Positions 11,092-25,043 are shown, counted from the first letter of the stretch. The stretch: DNA of 64,000 bases from Squalus acanthias (GCA_030390025.1 CM059432.1:84074001-84138000); one strand, 5' to 3'. The notes: generated from the sequence alone by a model not told the origin. Numbers and translations: made by a program.

Positions 11092-12878
11092 ATGGAGTCA
11101 CAGCGACAGAAGGCTGCACCCAGGTTCTCAGATGCCTCCGTGGAAGTCCTGGGAGTCAGAATGCGCAGGGAGGTACTATTCCCTGGCAGCGGCAGGAAAA
11201 GCGCAGCCAGAGAAAGCAAGAGGGCATGGCTGGAGATCGCCCAAGAAGTGAGCAGCAGTGGTGTTGTCAGCCGCTCCTGGATTCAATACCGAAAGAGATT
11301 TAATGATCTCAAGAGGTCAGGAAAGGTGAGTACAATGCCACATTCATTTACATCCTGATGTGCATGTCACCCCAACCCCATCACTCTGCCTTTCCAAGTC
11401 TACTCCTGCACGTCACTCCTCACACCAAACTACCTTGCAGGTGCACCCAACCCTCACTGTCTATGCACCTACTCACATCCCCATCTGGCTATCCACTACT
11501 GAAACTCACCCTCATCCTAATGGAATCATAGATAGTAACACCACAGAAGGAGGCCATTTGGCAATGTCATGCTACTCCTTCATAGTCACCCTCTACAGAT
11601 GTAGCCCATCCATTCCTTACACTCATTCCATCACTCTCACTCAAAGTTCTTTTCTTTCCCTCCTTGCAGGAGAAGAGAGCCCAGAACAGGAGGGAAAGAG
11701 AGAGGTAGCCCTCCAATATATACAAATTTGACACCTGCAGAGGAGGAGGCTCTCGAAATAAGTGGAGTGACTGAGCTGATGGCGGTGGGATATGGAGAGA
11801 GCAAGCTGGTGACAGAATTAAATATCCCACGTGGCATACACAGTCACTCATGGTGACTGATGTCAGCAGCTAGTGAAATATCATCATGTGCTTAATGGTA
11901 ACATTACACATTCTTATCCTATGAGGTCCAATTCATGTCTTTACTCTCCCACAGGTCCATCAAGTGCCTCTCCCACTGTCCAGCCGGAAGAAGACGACTC
12001 CTCAGAGGAAGCTCCATTCTCTGAGGGTGCACTGTCACCAGAGCCATGCGCACCCAGCATCAGTGCAGATATGCACACGTCAGTGGGTCCAGCGAGAATA
12101 GAGTAGTGTTGTCACCTGGGGTCTCACACATCACAAGTAAGCAAGATCATATGGTGGAAACAGGGACAGCAGTGGAGAGTCCACGCTGGAGGGTGTAGGA
12201 TGCTCCAAATTCTACTCAGCTGGATGCAGATGTTAAACCTCAGGGTCCGTCGACAAAGAGGTTGACCTTGGAGGAGCAGCAACAAATATCCGATTGTCCA
12301 GAGAATGGAGGAGTCTATCTCCAACATGAGCAGTACCATATCGCAGGCGATGGCGACAATGTGCTTTTCCAAGGAAAGGATGGCCACCTGCATGGAGCAG
12401 CTAATGCGCCAGTTGAACGAGAACATGCTTGCGGTGAACAACAGATTGCAGACTCTCATTGACCTCATCTCTAGGAGGGATACCAATATAGACTTAGGTG
12501 TTCATCACCCCACTGATGTGCAGCAAGGTGCTCGCCAACTCCTTGCTAGCAGGGAAGTGCGGATGGCCCATAAGAGGGATGATGGTGAGAGGGGACATGG
12601 AAGTGGGGGTTCTGCTCAAAGCGCTCACACTTCTCCCCCATTGCCTCCCCCTCAGTCAGAGCCCTACATGCTGCCTTGGATTCCGATGGCTGAGTCTTCC
12701 CCTGCACAGTTGCAGGAGGAGAAGTCTTTGGCGGAGTCCAAAAACCCAGAGGACGTCAGCCAAAAGTGTCAAAGCAGTCACAAAGCAGGGAAGTGAGCAG
12801 CCTGCCTCGACCTCTGCAGAAACCACATGGGTTGCACCTCGTAGAAGCACTCAGAAAAGAAAAAAGACACAATCATAG
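11092..12878 (+). pseudogene. Harbinger Myb/SANT (NAIF1-like) gene; exons ~11092-11325, 11670-11808, 11955-12878
   Basis: MESQRQKAAPRFSDASVEVL..W.EIAQEV..KRFNDLKRSGK|GTGAGT; acceptor TTGCAG|EKRAQNRRE; later stops and frameshifts. Confidence 0.85.
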
Positions 12879-13132
12879 ATGCACAAGGGTACGCACATGG
12901 GTGTTTGCCAAAATGTTTCAGTTCTATTTATGACGCACATAAATTTATTTCTTTGCATTACCTTTCCGTCTTGTCCATTTTTGCCTGCTACCTGGGAAGT
13001 GGCTTTGTCTCGAGCAATGCTTGGTTGACAGGAATGGTTTGGTCATTTTAGGACTGCTTTGTGATGTTGGTGGGGGCTGGTGGGGTGAAGTTGGTACAGC
13101 ATTTGGAAGCCAGATGAGTGCACTGGTGCAAT

Positions 13133-15162
13133 TTAAGTAAATCGGGCCATTATGAGGCCATCCTGGGCCTCCCGGGCAGCAATGTGCGCCGCTGTTGGTG
13201 CCATCTCCACCTCAGGTTCCTCCTCCTCCTACTCCTTCTCATGTTCCACCGGATCCTCCTCCTCATCCTTCAAAGAGGCTGTGCACTCTGCGCCTTGATC
13301 CTCCTGCAGCTCCAATCCTCGCTGCTGTGCTATGTTGTGCAGCGCACAGCATACGACGATGATTCTGGAGACCCTGGCTGGTGCGTACTGAAGGGCCCCT
13401 CCAGATCTGTCAAGGCATCTGAAGCGCATCTTCAACATGCCTTTGGTTTGCTCTATGACACATCTGGTGGACATGTGGTTCTCATTATAATGCCCCTCGG
13501 CCTCATTACTTGGCGTCCTCAAGGGTGTCATGAGCCATGTTTTCAGTGGTTAGTCCTTGGGGTAAATATTGGGTAGCGTCCCCTTTGGGGCCTGAAAAAG
13601 TTAGCGCCCCTGCGGCCGATTTTCCCAGGAAGCGCCTCGAGAGGGAGGAGGGGCGCTACTGGAAGCGCCCTGCGTCCCTCTTGGGGCGCTGCGAGCCAAT
13701 ATCACGGCGCTACGTGCTGCAGCGCCATGCGCTGCGGCACGTCGCGCCGCGCTACTGCAGGCCTTCCTCCCCTTATTAAAGGGGAGGGGTCTGGCGCAGT
13801 GCGTCCCAGCACCCAGCTAGGCCACCAGGTATCGGGAATGCCGGCAAACGAGTCCGGCACTCAAGAGGAGTGCTGGGCTCACGGAGAGCAGCTGGCACCC
13901 CACGGGGGGAGTCTTCATGGGGGCCGGGGACAGCAATGGGGGCAGGTGCTGGCAGGTGGCCAGCAACAAAATTGGCTGCCCGCCACCTCCCCTTTAACTA
14001 GCGCTGCCCTGGCCGCAGGTAGGCCCCCCTGACCCCGGTGGACATAGCGTCCGGCGGTAAGTCGGGGGGCGCCACCCAATATTACAGCCGGGGCGCGAGC
14101 GGGGCGCTGCGCATGGCGATGACGTCATCGCCGGCAGCGCAGGGCTGCGTGGCGCTGCGCTAACAGTTAGCACCGCCGCTAACCTCCCGCTGAATTTCGC
14201 AGGAGGTGTTAGCGGTGCCGCGCCCAGGCGCTAATTGATTTGTGCCCCGTTAGCGCCCTCTTAGGGCGCTAACGGTTGGCGCAAATCAACCGAATCTAGC
14301 CCCCCTTGTCTCCAAGCAGCCAGCCGGTAAGTCTGTTTGGATGTGCGAAGAGCTGAGGGAGGGTGGACTGGCGCAGACTGGAAGAGTCATGAAAGCTCCC
14401 AGGGAATCTGGCATACACATGCATGATGATTATTTTATGGTAGCAGACAAGCTGCACATTAAGGGAATGGAAGCCCTTCCGGTTACCAAACACTCCTGGG
14501 TGATCTAGGGGTGGCTTGATGGCCACATGTGTGCAGTCGATGATGCCCTGCACCTGTGGGAAGCCAGCCAGAGCTGCAAAGCCGAGTGCCCGCTCAGTAA
14601 TGCAGGCTTGCTCAGTAACACTGGCTTCATCAATGGCAAAGTTTACATAAGTGGCTGACTTGTGAAACATGGCATCGGTCACCTCGATGATGCATTTGTG
14701 GGCGGTCGACTGCGAAATCCTGTAAATGTCTGCTGCAGATCCCTGGAAGGAGCCTGAGGCAAAGAAGTTGAGGGTGGTGGTGACTTTGACAGCCACTGGC
14801 AAGACGTATCCACCAGGTTCTCTGGGCAGCAGGTCTTCTTCCAGCAAGCTACAAATGTCTGCGATGACCTGGCGCAATAGCCTGAGCCTGCTGAAGCACT
14901 GCTGCTCAGTCATGTCCAAGAAGCTCATCCGCTGCCTGTGTACCCTGTGTTTGGGGTATTGCCTCCGGCGCGGTGCAGCCCTGCACTGATTCCCTCTCTC
15001 CTGTGGAGCATCAGGTCGTTGAGGAGAAGGCTGCTGGTGTTGTTGCTGGTGTTATTGCTGCTGCTGCTGGTGCTGTTGCTGGTGTGACTGGTGTTTTTGG
15101 TGCTGGGGCTCATCTTGGTCCGAATCTGAGGTCCAAGGTGAGAGAGCATAAGCGGCACCCAT
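13133..15162 (-). pseudogene. Harbinger DDE transposase interrupted by a MITE
   Basis: [34 protein letters not shown] | WLMTP, VIEQTKGMLKMRFRCLD; poly-Q/H N-terminus, acidic C-terminus. Confidence 0.95.
13559..14304. mobile_element. GC/CpG-rich Harbinger-type MITE
   Basis: Termini GGGGTAAATATT / AATCTAGCCCC(C), TSD CTT (or CCTT), TTAGCGCC/GGCGCTAA repeats; removal rejoins the transposase GDK..PL motif. Confidence 0.9.
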
Positions 15163-16510
15163 GCTGATCTCATAGATGGCAGGTAAAGTGGAGATCAGAG
15201 GCATAATCCTCCAATGTAGTGAGAGTGATTTGCAATGTGGTGAGAGTGGCTTCTGAGGTTGCAGAAATCACCTGCAAACTCCTGAAAGCAAAACCTCTGC
15301 ACAAAATGGTGTCAGCAAGAGCCTTTCCCTTAGACAAGGAAGCAGGTGTAAGGTGTGTGTATTTATGTGCTTTTTCCAACTGCACTTAATGAAGTAGCAC
15401 AATGGCCACTGAGCTCCTGCCTCTCCTTCACAGGCGAGCTTGCCGTGAATCCCGTGCGCAACCTGTTAAAGTTGAAACCTCACGTTAAAAAGGCTGTTAA
15501 GGGTCTCTGAACGAGCAGTTAACAATCTCAATGAGGTCGTCCGCCTCTCCCGAGCGGATCCGTGGCATGCTTCGAAATGCACCCCAGTTAAACACGGAAG
15601 TCAGTGGGATGACGGCGGGTTCCTGACGCACTGTCAATTTCAACGCTTTTAACCGCTGACCCGCTCCCAAACCCGCACAGTCTGCAATGTGAAAATTCTG
15701 GCTAATGTCACCAATGAAATGCTTGAGGTAGTCTGAATCTATAGGGGGATCTCATGCAGTAGCCACTGCACATCGGTATCATTTGACAGGGATATTGGGG
15801 CGGTGCCACAAAATTGCTGCGGCTGAGCCAGGTCTGTTGAATGAGCGAGTGGGGCTCTTAAAAGTGTCCCTGCTTTTCATGGCTTTCCCTGTCATTTATT
15901 GCTTTTTGCAATATTTTATAAAAAAGATTCCTGTGATTTCTTTACCTGTCCCCAAAATTACTTTTCCCGTCAAATGGTAATTGTAATATCCGTTGCTGTA
16001 TCTTCTATGGGAGTGATGTTAAATGCAGCCATTCTACTCTGTAATTACACCAAAATCCATAGATTTCACAACAATGCCCATGACATGGACTTCCTCTTCT
16101 TGCCGTAGGTAATAGCCTGCATTTGCTCCTTGATTAGGGGCAGCAGCTAACTTTGGGAAATTACCTGATTGTTTCAGTAAATCTTTGGAGCTGCGTGGGC
16201 ATTCCTACTGGTCTCCCTACTATTGTCCCCAACCTATTCCCTGCTTCCAGGAAATATGTATCCCATTAATTACTACATTTTACAGGCCTATGTAACCTGA
16301 GCTTTTCCCCTGCGTCCATTCGCGTGCGCACTTTGGCTGCTGCTCCATACCCGAGCCATTCAATACTTTTCCACTTTTTCTCCCTCTTTTCCTTTTCTCT
16401 CTAATCCTGACTGCTCTCTCCTGTCGTCATGCCTCCTTTCAGTTCTCCTCTCTCGGATACTCTGCCCTCCCAAATCCCTACCCCAATCCTTCATTACTCT
16501 TCGACCTTGA

Positions 16511-16955
16511 GTGTCAGCTGTGGCTCAGTTGGTTGTGGGTTCAAGTCCCACTCCAGGGACTTGAGCACATTAAGCTAGGCTGACACTCCAGTGCAGTGCT
16601 GAGGGAGTGCTGCATTATCAGAGGTGCTGTTTTTCAGGTGAGACGTTAAACCGAGGTCTCGTCTGCTCTCTCAGGTGGATGTAAAAGATCCCATGGCACT
16701 ATTTCGAAGAAGAGTAGGGGAGTTATCCCCAGTGTGCTGGCCAATATTTATCCCTCAGCTAACATAACAAAAACAGATCATCTGGTCATTATCACATTGC
16801 TGTTTGTGGGAGCTTGCAGAGTGCAAATTGGCTGCCGCGTTTCCCACATTACAACAGTGACTCCACTTCAAAAGTACTTCATTGGCTGTAAAGCGCTTTG
16901 AGACGTCCGGTGGTCATGAAAGGTGCTATATAAATGCAAGTCTTTCTTTCTTTCC
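16511..16955 (+). mobile_element. tRNA-derived Deu-domain SINE (SacSINE1/AmnSINE1-like)
   Basis: A box TGGCTCAGTTGG, B box GGTTCAAGTCC, central GGATGTAAAAGATCCCATGGCACTATTTCGAAGAAGAG, L2-like tail GCTATATAAATGCAAG(TCTT)n. Confidence 0.85.
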
Positions 16956-19607
16956 TAGTCTCCTGCTGCCGTCCCAGACTTGACTCCCTCTTAGGTAAGC
17001 CTACAGCTTCCCTCCGTGCCTCTCTTGGCATCCTATGAAGGGCTCATTGAGGCACTCGTCGCTGCCTCCTTAAGAGCAGCAACCCCAACTGTCCCATTCT
17101 ACTCTTTTGCCAACCTTCCCGCCCAACGCACCTACTGGGGTCTAATCTTGCCAATCTCCTCCCCGTCCAACTCACCCCTCCTAGTACTGACCCTGTGGAC
17201 GCTGGCAATGGGTCAGTCATCACCAACCCTCTCCACATCTCCCTCCAGAATGTCTGTTCACTTGTGAACAAGGCCCTTGCCATCCATGAGCTTATCATGG
17301 ATGATTGCATCGACATCATGGCCCTGATGGAAACTTGGTTGAGGGGTAACGACACCTTACCCTTAAATGAAGCCGCCCTGCCTGGCTATACCTTCCACCA
17401 CTTGCCCCGCTCAGACTGCCATGGTGGCGGTGTGGCTCTCATCACCAAATCACACCTTGGTCTGTCCCCCTACTCCTCTGGCACTTTCTTCTCCTTTGCG
17501 CATCTCACCTTATTCCACCACTCTTACCTCTCATTTAAAATTCTCATTTTCTACCGCCCACCCAAGTACCATAAATTTTTATTAATAAGATATTTTCACT
17601 GCTTTCCTCCCTCAGCCTCTGCGCCGAACGACTTCTCATCCTCGGTGATTTCAACCTCCATCTCAATTCATCATGCTCTCTCTCCTCTTAGTTCACTAGC
17701 CTCCAATCCTCCCTTAATCTCTCCCTCCATGTAAACTCCCCAACCCATATTCACAGCCACCCCCTTGACCTTGCTATCTCTTGTGGCCTCGCTACTCCCA
17801 TCATGTCAATTGCAGATAAGGCCACCTCTGGCCACTTCTTCATATCGCTCTCCACCCATTGTGTCCGTAATAAAACAGGGAGCTGGAGGCAATCATACGT
17901 TGTGAGGAACCAGACATAATAGGGATTACTGAGACATGGCTACGGAAAAATCAGGACTGGGAATTAAACATTGCAGGGTATAACATATTTAGAAGAGATA
18001 GGGAGGGAAAAAGGGGAGGTGGAGTAGCTGTACTTATTAGGGATAACATAGTGGCAGTAGAAAAAAGTGACGCGGATATCAGCGAGACAAAAATAGAATC
18101 CATATGGATAGAGATAAAAGATAATAAAGGATCAATCACACTAACAGGCGTAGTCTACAGACCACCTAATAGTGGAAGGGAGGTGGAGGAGGAAATATGC
18201 AGACAAATTAGGGAAATGAGTAAAAAACATAGAATAATAATCATTGGGGATTTCAACTACCCCGATATTAATTGGACAAAAGAGGTAGGTAAAGGGGATA
18301 AGGGAATGGAATTCCTAGAATGTGCACAGGACTCCTCTCTAACCCAATCTGTAAAATGCCCAACAAGGGAGGATTCGCTATTGAATCTAGTAATGGGGAA
18401 TGAACCAGATCAGATAAGAGAAGTAAAGGTAGGGGAACATATAGGCAGTAGTGACCATAATATAATATGCTTTAAGATGATAATTGAGAAGGACATAAGT
18501 ATGACAAAAACCAGGTTAATAGATTGAAGAAAAGCTGATTTTGAGGGGCTGAGAATAGAACGTGGGAAAAAAAAATGGGCAACAATATTGGCAAACAACA
18601 ATGTAGAACAGCAATGGGGAACATTTAAAATGGTGTACAACAGAGTGCAGGAAAAATATATTCCGCGAAAAGGAAAGAACAAACTAAACAATAATGAGAC
18701 TCCATGGATGAATAAAGCCATAAGGGAACAATTAAGGGTAAGGAAAGAGGCAAACATTCAGTACATAGACAGCAGGGGAGTGCATGATAAGAGAGAATAC
18801 GAAAAGATTAAGAGAGAAATCAAAAAAACATATAGGAAGGCAAAGAGGAACTATGAAATTAAATTATCAAGGAACATAAAACAAAATAGTAAAATATTTT
18901 ATAGGCACATCAATAAAAAAAGGAAGGTTGGGATGGGAATAGGGCCATTAAGGGATAGTCAGGATAATACCACAGGTAACAATAGAAAGATGGCAGAAAT
19001 ATTAAATAATTATTTTGCTTCAGTATTTACCAGGGAGATAGAACAGTGGACATGACATTGGACCATGAGATTAGTAATGAGCTAAGCGCATTTAAAATAA
19101 AAAAAGGGGATATATTAAATAAATTAATCAAACTCGAAGAGGATAAAACCCCTGGTCCGGATGGAATGCATCCACGCATTTTAAAAGAATCTAGGGAAAA
19201 GATAGCAGAGGCATTACTATGCATATTTCATAATTCGTTAGAAAAAGGTATAGTGCCAGAGGACTGGCGGATAGCTAACATAATATCGATATTTAAGAAG
19301 GGGGATAGAACATGTCCAGGGAATTATAGACCAGTCAGCTTAACATCAGTGGTAGGAAAAATAATGGAATCCCTACTTCCCTAAGGAGAAAATAGAAGAG
19401 CATCTAGAAACCAAAAGTATAATAATGAATAGTCAACATGGATTTCAAAAGGGAAAGTCTTGCTTGGCCAACCTTATTGAATTTTTTGAAGAGGTAACAG
19501 AGAGAGTAGACAATGGTAATGCAGTAGATGTAATTTATCTGGATTTTCCAAAGGCCTTCGATAAGGTACCCCATAATAGACTGATGAACAAGGTCAGAGA
19601 ATGCAGA

Positions 19608-19839
19608 AAAGTGAGCAGTCGCACAACACCAGGTTATAGTCCAACAGTTTTATTTTAAATCACAAGCTTTCGGAGCTGCTGCCCCTTCGTCAGGTGAAGA
19701 AGGGGCAGCAGCTCCTTCACCTGACGAAGGGGCAGCAGCTCCGAAAGCTTGTGATTTAAAATAAAACTGTTGGACTATAACCTGGTGTTGTGCGACTTCC
19801 CACTTTTGTCCACCCCAGTCCAACACCGGCATCTCCGCA
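19608..19839. mobile_element. Palindromic Penelope-type terminal-repeat insertion (second family)
   Basis: ~90-bp inverted arms; 14-bp TSD TCAGAGAATGCAGA at 19594-19607 and 19840-19853. Confidence 0.85.
19717..19754 (+). ncRNA. Minimal type I hammerhead ribozyme motif (mirror copy on - at 19660-19697)
   Basis: TCAC-CTGACGA-A-GGGGC(AGCA)GCTCC-GAAA-GC-TT-GTGA; palindromic AAGCTT in place of stem III. Confidence 0.75.
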
Positions 19840-21020
19840 TCAGAGAATGCAGAGTTAGGGGACAAGTAGAAGAATGGATTGCTGGCTAGCTTCAGGACAG
19901 AAAGCAGAGAGTAAGAGTAAAGGGTAGCTATTCACAGTGGCAGAAGGTGGGTAGTGGTGTTCCACAAGGATCAGTGCTGGGACCACTGCTGTTAACAATT
20001 TTCATTAACGATTTAGACTCAGGAATCAAAAACACAATTTCTAAATTTGCGGATGACACCGAATTGGGGGGGATAGTCAACACTGAGGTGGACTACAACA
20101 AGTTACAGGAGGACATTGATAAACTTGCAGAATGGGCATATAATTGACAAATGAAGTTCAACACAGATAAATGTGAGGCATTACATTTTGGCAGGAAGAA
20201 TAGGGAGGTCACTTATCACTTGGAGGGTACGAGTCTAGGTGGGGTAGAGGAACAAAGGGATCTAGGAGTACAAATACACAAATCACTAAAAGTTGCGACA
20301 CAGGTTTGCAAGGCCATAAAAAAGCAAACAAAGTACTAGGATTTATTTCTAGAGGGATAGAATTGAAAATTAGAGAAGTTATGCTAAACCTGTACCGAAC
20401 CTTGGTTAGACCACACTTACAGTACTGCGTACAATTCTGGTCACCATATTATAAAAAGGATAAAGAGGCACTGGAGAGGGTGCAGAGAAGATTTACAAGG
20501 ATGATACCAGAAATGCGAGGGTATACATATCAGGAAAGAATGAATAGGCTGGGTCTCTTTTCTCTTGAAATAAGAAGGTTGAAGGGTGACCTAATAGAGG
20601 TCTTTAAAATTATGAAAAATTTTGATAGAGTGGATACAGAGAAAATGTTTCCACTTGTGGGGAAGAGCATAACTATAAATATAAAATAGTCACCAAGAAA
20701 TCCAATAGGGAATTCAGAAGAAACTTCTTTACCCAAAGAGTGGTGAGAATGTGGAACTCGCTACCACAGGGAGTGGTTAAAACGAATAGTACAGATGCAT
20801 TTAAGGGGAGGCGAGAGAAGCATATGAGGGAAAAGGAAATAGAGGGTAATGCTGATAGATTTAGATGAGGAAAGATGGGAGGAGGCTCGTGTGGTGCATA
20901 AACGCCGGCATGGACTGGTTGGGCCGAATGGTCTGTTTCTGTGCCATATATCCTATGTTATCCTATGTAATCCCCCTGCCACCCCCATCCCCCTCCCCGC
21001 AACCCTACTTCCTTCTGTAC

Positions 21021-21272
21021 AATAGCAAAATACTGAGGATGCTGGAAATCTGAAACAACAACAGGAAATGCTGGAAACACTCAGCAGGTCAGGCAGCATC
21101 GTGGAAAGAGAAACAGAGTTCACGTTTCAGGTCGATGATCCTTCGTTAGAATTTGAAAAAGTTGGAGAAGTAACAGATTTTTAAGCAAGTGTGGGGCAGG
21201 GAAAGGGAGAAGGGGAGGAAAGAACAATGCTGCCTGATCTGCTGAGTGTTTCCAGCATTTTCTGTTGTTGTT
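21021..21272 (-). mobile_element. Penelope terminal repeat with short inverted partial copy
   Basis: Degenerate hammerhead core on -, inverted tail at ~21227-21272, imperfect TSD CTACTTCCTTCYGT. Confidence 0.8.
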
Positions 21273-24116
21273 TCTACTTCCTTCCGTGTCTGCCCCTGGA
21301 AAAAACTCTCTCCCAACTGCACTTAAAAAATCTCAACCGTCCAGCCTTTTGCCCTCCATTCACCATGACATTTCTGCAGCTACCGATCTGCTCAACCACA
21401 CCCTCACCTCCACCTTTCATGCCCTAGTTCCTATTAAAACAATTACTCTCTCTCACCCTGGCCATTCCCCCTGGTACGGCCCTCATCTTCGCTCTCTTAA
21501 GGCCAATGGACGCAGACTTGGACGGATATGGCGGACAACTGATTTAGCCATTCACCGCCAGATCTGGCTGGACCACATTATCGGGTCCTGCTCTCGTCTA
21601 CCAAAATTGCTCACTATACCAGAATCATTCTGGAATACAAAGATAAACCACGACTCCTATTCTCCACTGCTAACCGTCTTCTTAAACTCCTCTCCCCTGT
21701 CTCCTCCACCCTCACCTCCGACAACAAGTGTGAGGAGTTCATGGACTTCTTTGTCTCTAAGATTGAGACCATCCATTCAGCTGCCTCTGCCACTTCCCTT
21801 CCTTCCCCTAGCCCACCGGGCCAAACTTCCTCTAAGGTTCGCCCCTGCCCTAGCCCTGAACTCACATCTTTCTCCAGTTTCTCTCAGATCTCCCCTCATG
21901 ACCTCTCCACGCTCATCTTGACCAAGGGACTCACTTCCTGCTCCCTCGACGCTATTCCCACCAAACTGCTGACCACCCAACTTCCTTTTCTGGCTCCCAT
22001 TTAGCTGACATTGTTAACGGTTCTCTCTCCTCAAGTACTGTCCCCCTCTCCCTCAAATCTGCCATCATCACCCCTCTTCTCAAAAAAACAACCCTTGACC
22101 CCTCTGTCCTTGCAAACTACCGCCCCATCTCCAACCTCCCTTTCCTCTCCAAAGTCCTTGAACGTGTTGTCGCCTCCGAAATCCGTGCCCATCTTTCCTG
22201 CAACTCCATGTTTTATCCCTCCAATCAGGTTTCCGCCCCTGCCACAGTACCGAAACGGCTCTCATCAAAGTCACAAATGACATCCTTTGTGACTGTGACA
22301 AAGGTAACCTATCCCTCCTCGACCTTCTTGACTTGTCTGCAGCCTTTGACACGGTTGACCACGCCATCCTTCTCCAACGCCTCTCCACCTTCGTCCAGCT
22401 GGGTGGGACTGCACTCGCCTGGTTTCATTCTTATCTATCTAATTGTAGCCAGAGAATCACCTGCAATGGCTTCTCATCCCGCTCCCGCATTGTTACCTCT
22501 GATGTTCCCCAAGGATCTATCCTTGGCCCCCTGCTATTTCTCATCCACATGCTGCCTCTTGGCAACATCATCCAAAAACACAGCGTCAGTTTCCACATGT
22601 ACGCTGATGACACCCAGCTCTACCTCACTACCACTTCTCTCGACCCCTCCACGGTCTCTAAATTGTCAGACTGCTTGTCCGACATCTAGTTCTGGATGAG
22701 CAGAAATTTTCTCCAATTAAATATTGGGAAGACCGAAGCCATTGTTTTCGGTCCCCGCCACAAACTCCGTTCCCTAGCCCCATTGATTTCATTCCTCTCC
22801 CTAACATCTGTCTGAGGCTGAACCACACTGTTCTCAACCTTGCTGTCATATTTCACCCTGAAATGAGCTTCCGACCACAAATCCGCTGCATAACTAAGAC
22901 CGCCTATTTCCACCTCCGTAACATCGCCTGTCTCCGCCCTTGCCTCAGCTCATCCGCTGCTGAAACCCTCATCCGTGCCTTTGTTATCTCTAGACTTGAC
23001 TATTCCAACACACTCCTGGCTGGCCTCCCACATTCTCCCCTACGTAAACTTGAGGTCATCCAAAATTCGGCTGCCCGTGTCCTAACTCGCACCAAGTCAT
23101 GTTCGCCCATCACCCCTGTGTTCGCTGACCTACATTGGCTCTCGGTTAAGCAATGCCTCGATTTCAAAATTCTCAGCCTTGTTTTCAAATCCCTCCAAGG
23201 TCTCGCCTCTCCCTATCTCTGTAATCTCCTTCAGCCTCACAACCCCCCCCCGAGATATCGGTGCTCCTCTAATTCTGCCCTCTTGAGCATCCCTGATTAT
23301 AATCGCTCAACCATTGGTGGCCGTGCCTCCTGTTTCCTAGGCCCTAAGCTCTGGAATTCCCTGCCTAAACCTCTCCACCTCGCTACCTCTCTTTCCTCCT
23401 TTAAGACATTCCTTAAAACCTACCTCTTTGACCAAGCTTTTGGTCACCTGCCCTAATTTCTCCTTATGTGGCTCGGTGACAAATTTTTTGTCTTCTAACA
23501 CTCCTGTGAAGTGCCGTGGGACATTTTACTATGTTAAAGACGTTATATAAATACAAGTTGTTGTTGTTGTTTGATGACAAATCATGTGCAGTGGGCCTGG
23601 TGGCAGGCTCTTGTTAGTAAATTTGTTAGCTGAGTCTACCTATCCTCAGATTTTCAGTCAGAAGGTTAGTGTTCATTTTCTATGTGGTATATTTTCTTTA
23701 CCAGGTGAGGACCTGAAGTACAAATGCCAAATCTGCAATTGGCACATTGCAGAAGGGTTCCACTGAGTCTCAGTGGACTTTGTATTCTCTATTTGAAGGT
23801 TAGATGTTGATAATTTGTATATATCAACTCAAACCTTTGTAACCATAAGGATTACTGTAAAAAAAACAGTTGATGTGGTCTGTGACATATCAAGAGGACG
23901 GATTCCACTCTGGGATGCGGGATCCTTGGAGCCATTACATTAAGTAATTGGGTGGCTCATTAATTACCTCTACATTTGAGTCTTTGATATAATAATAGAT
24001 TCTTGTCATAATTTTCCTCCTCTTCTTGCACTTCTTTCTCAGGGAAGTCCTACTCCCAATTGCTGCAGGTAGATGGGGACTTTCTAAAGTAGGCCTATGT
24101 GTCTCCACCAGCTGTG

Positions 24117-24145
<29 letters not shown>
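24117..24145. repeat. (TG)n microsatellite followed by a G run
   Basis: Direct inspection. Confidence 0.95.
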
Positions 24146-24147
<2 letters not shown>

Positions 24148-24780
24148 GGGGGGGGGGTGGTAATCGGGGGTGGGGAGGGTTCAAGTATAAACATAGCTCT
24201 TATTGATATTACCAAGTTGCACATAGAATTGTTCAAAAAGTTGAATGTCATGCAATGTGGTCTGTATTTGTTCAGGGAAGCATGCCTATTCACTGATTCC
24301 TCAAATCCTCCTCCCTACAGGAAGTCTGTAGATGTCTTGGAGGGAGAAACTCCAGTGTAAACGGTACAGATGGAAACCATACCTGAAATAACTGGGACTT
24401 TTAGTAATATGGTTGAAACCAAAATTCTTTTGGTGACAGTAAACACCAAAGGGTGTAAAATCATCCTGGGCAGCAATTGATGTCATTGAGTCCTTTGACA
24501 ATGTTTCCTTGATACTGCTCTGTGCCAATGTGTGTTCACCAATACTCGATTGCTTATAGTGCTGGTGTTGTCCTGATGCATTATGAATGCATTTTATGAA
24601 CCCAAGCCAAATTTGTTGTGGTATTATGTTTAGGCAACAAGCATTTTATACAACAATAGTGACTGGTAAAACAGTCATGGCAAATATGCTACAAAACAAG
24701 TTCATCCCTTTAGCTTGTTTTGATGCAGTTGTATTGCTTCAAACAAAAACAGAAAATGCTGGAAATATATTACTGGTCAG

Positions 24781-25005
24781 TCTAAACATCCACTCCCTCC
24801 GTTGGCACCTCAACTGCCCTGTTGACACCTAAGAACCCCCTCCGTGGCTGCAGTGTGTACTATCTACAGGATTTACTGCAGCAACTCGTCAAGTCTTCTC
24901 GACAGAACCTCTTAAACCCGCCACCACCTTCTTAAGAGCAACTAGGGATGGGAAATAAATGTTGGCCTTGCCAGTGATGCCCACATCCCGAAAATGAATA
25001 AAAAA
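24781..25005 (+). mobile_element. Non-LTR retrotransposon 3' fragment, same family as 1113-1365
   Basis: IHSL..VAAVCTIYR..CSNS remnant and shared tail ending CCCACATCCCGAAAATGAATAAAAAA. Confidence 0.75.
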
Positions 25006-25043
25006 GAAGTCAGCATTAGTAAAGAGAAAAGACATTTTAATAT

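Larger units (their letters stand above)
10785..15702. mobile_element. PIF/Harbinger transposon, two convergent genes, decayed
   Basis: Myb-like gene on +, transposase on -, right terminus GAAAATTCTGGC followed by TAA. Confidence 0.85.
17859..20970 (+). mobile_element. CR1 LINE (ORF2 almost complete, disrupted) inserted in the L2
   Basis: ITETW, YRPP, GDFN, SDH, NYRPVSLTS, FADDT; several stops/frameshifts; (ATCCTATG) tail. Confidence 0.95.
16300..23570 (+). mobile_element. Long L2 LINE interrupted by a SINE, a CR1 and a PLE repeat
   Basis: Endonuclease LQNVCSL..METWL..YRPP (17240-17600); RT NYRPISNLPFLSK, SAAFDTVDH, PQGSILGP, YADDTQLY; tail TATATAAATACAAG(TTG)n; 5' boundary uncertain. Confidence 0.9.

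Noticed and set aside
15025..15105. CAG/CAA-type repeat tract, also GAG tracts at 29520-29590 and 62785-62825
   Set aside because: Low-complexity poly-Q/H and poly-E termini of Harbinger transposases
16511..16560. tRNA gene
   Set aside because: Only A/B boxes of a SINE head; no full cloverleaf
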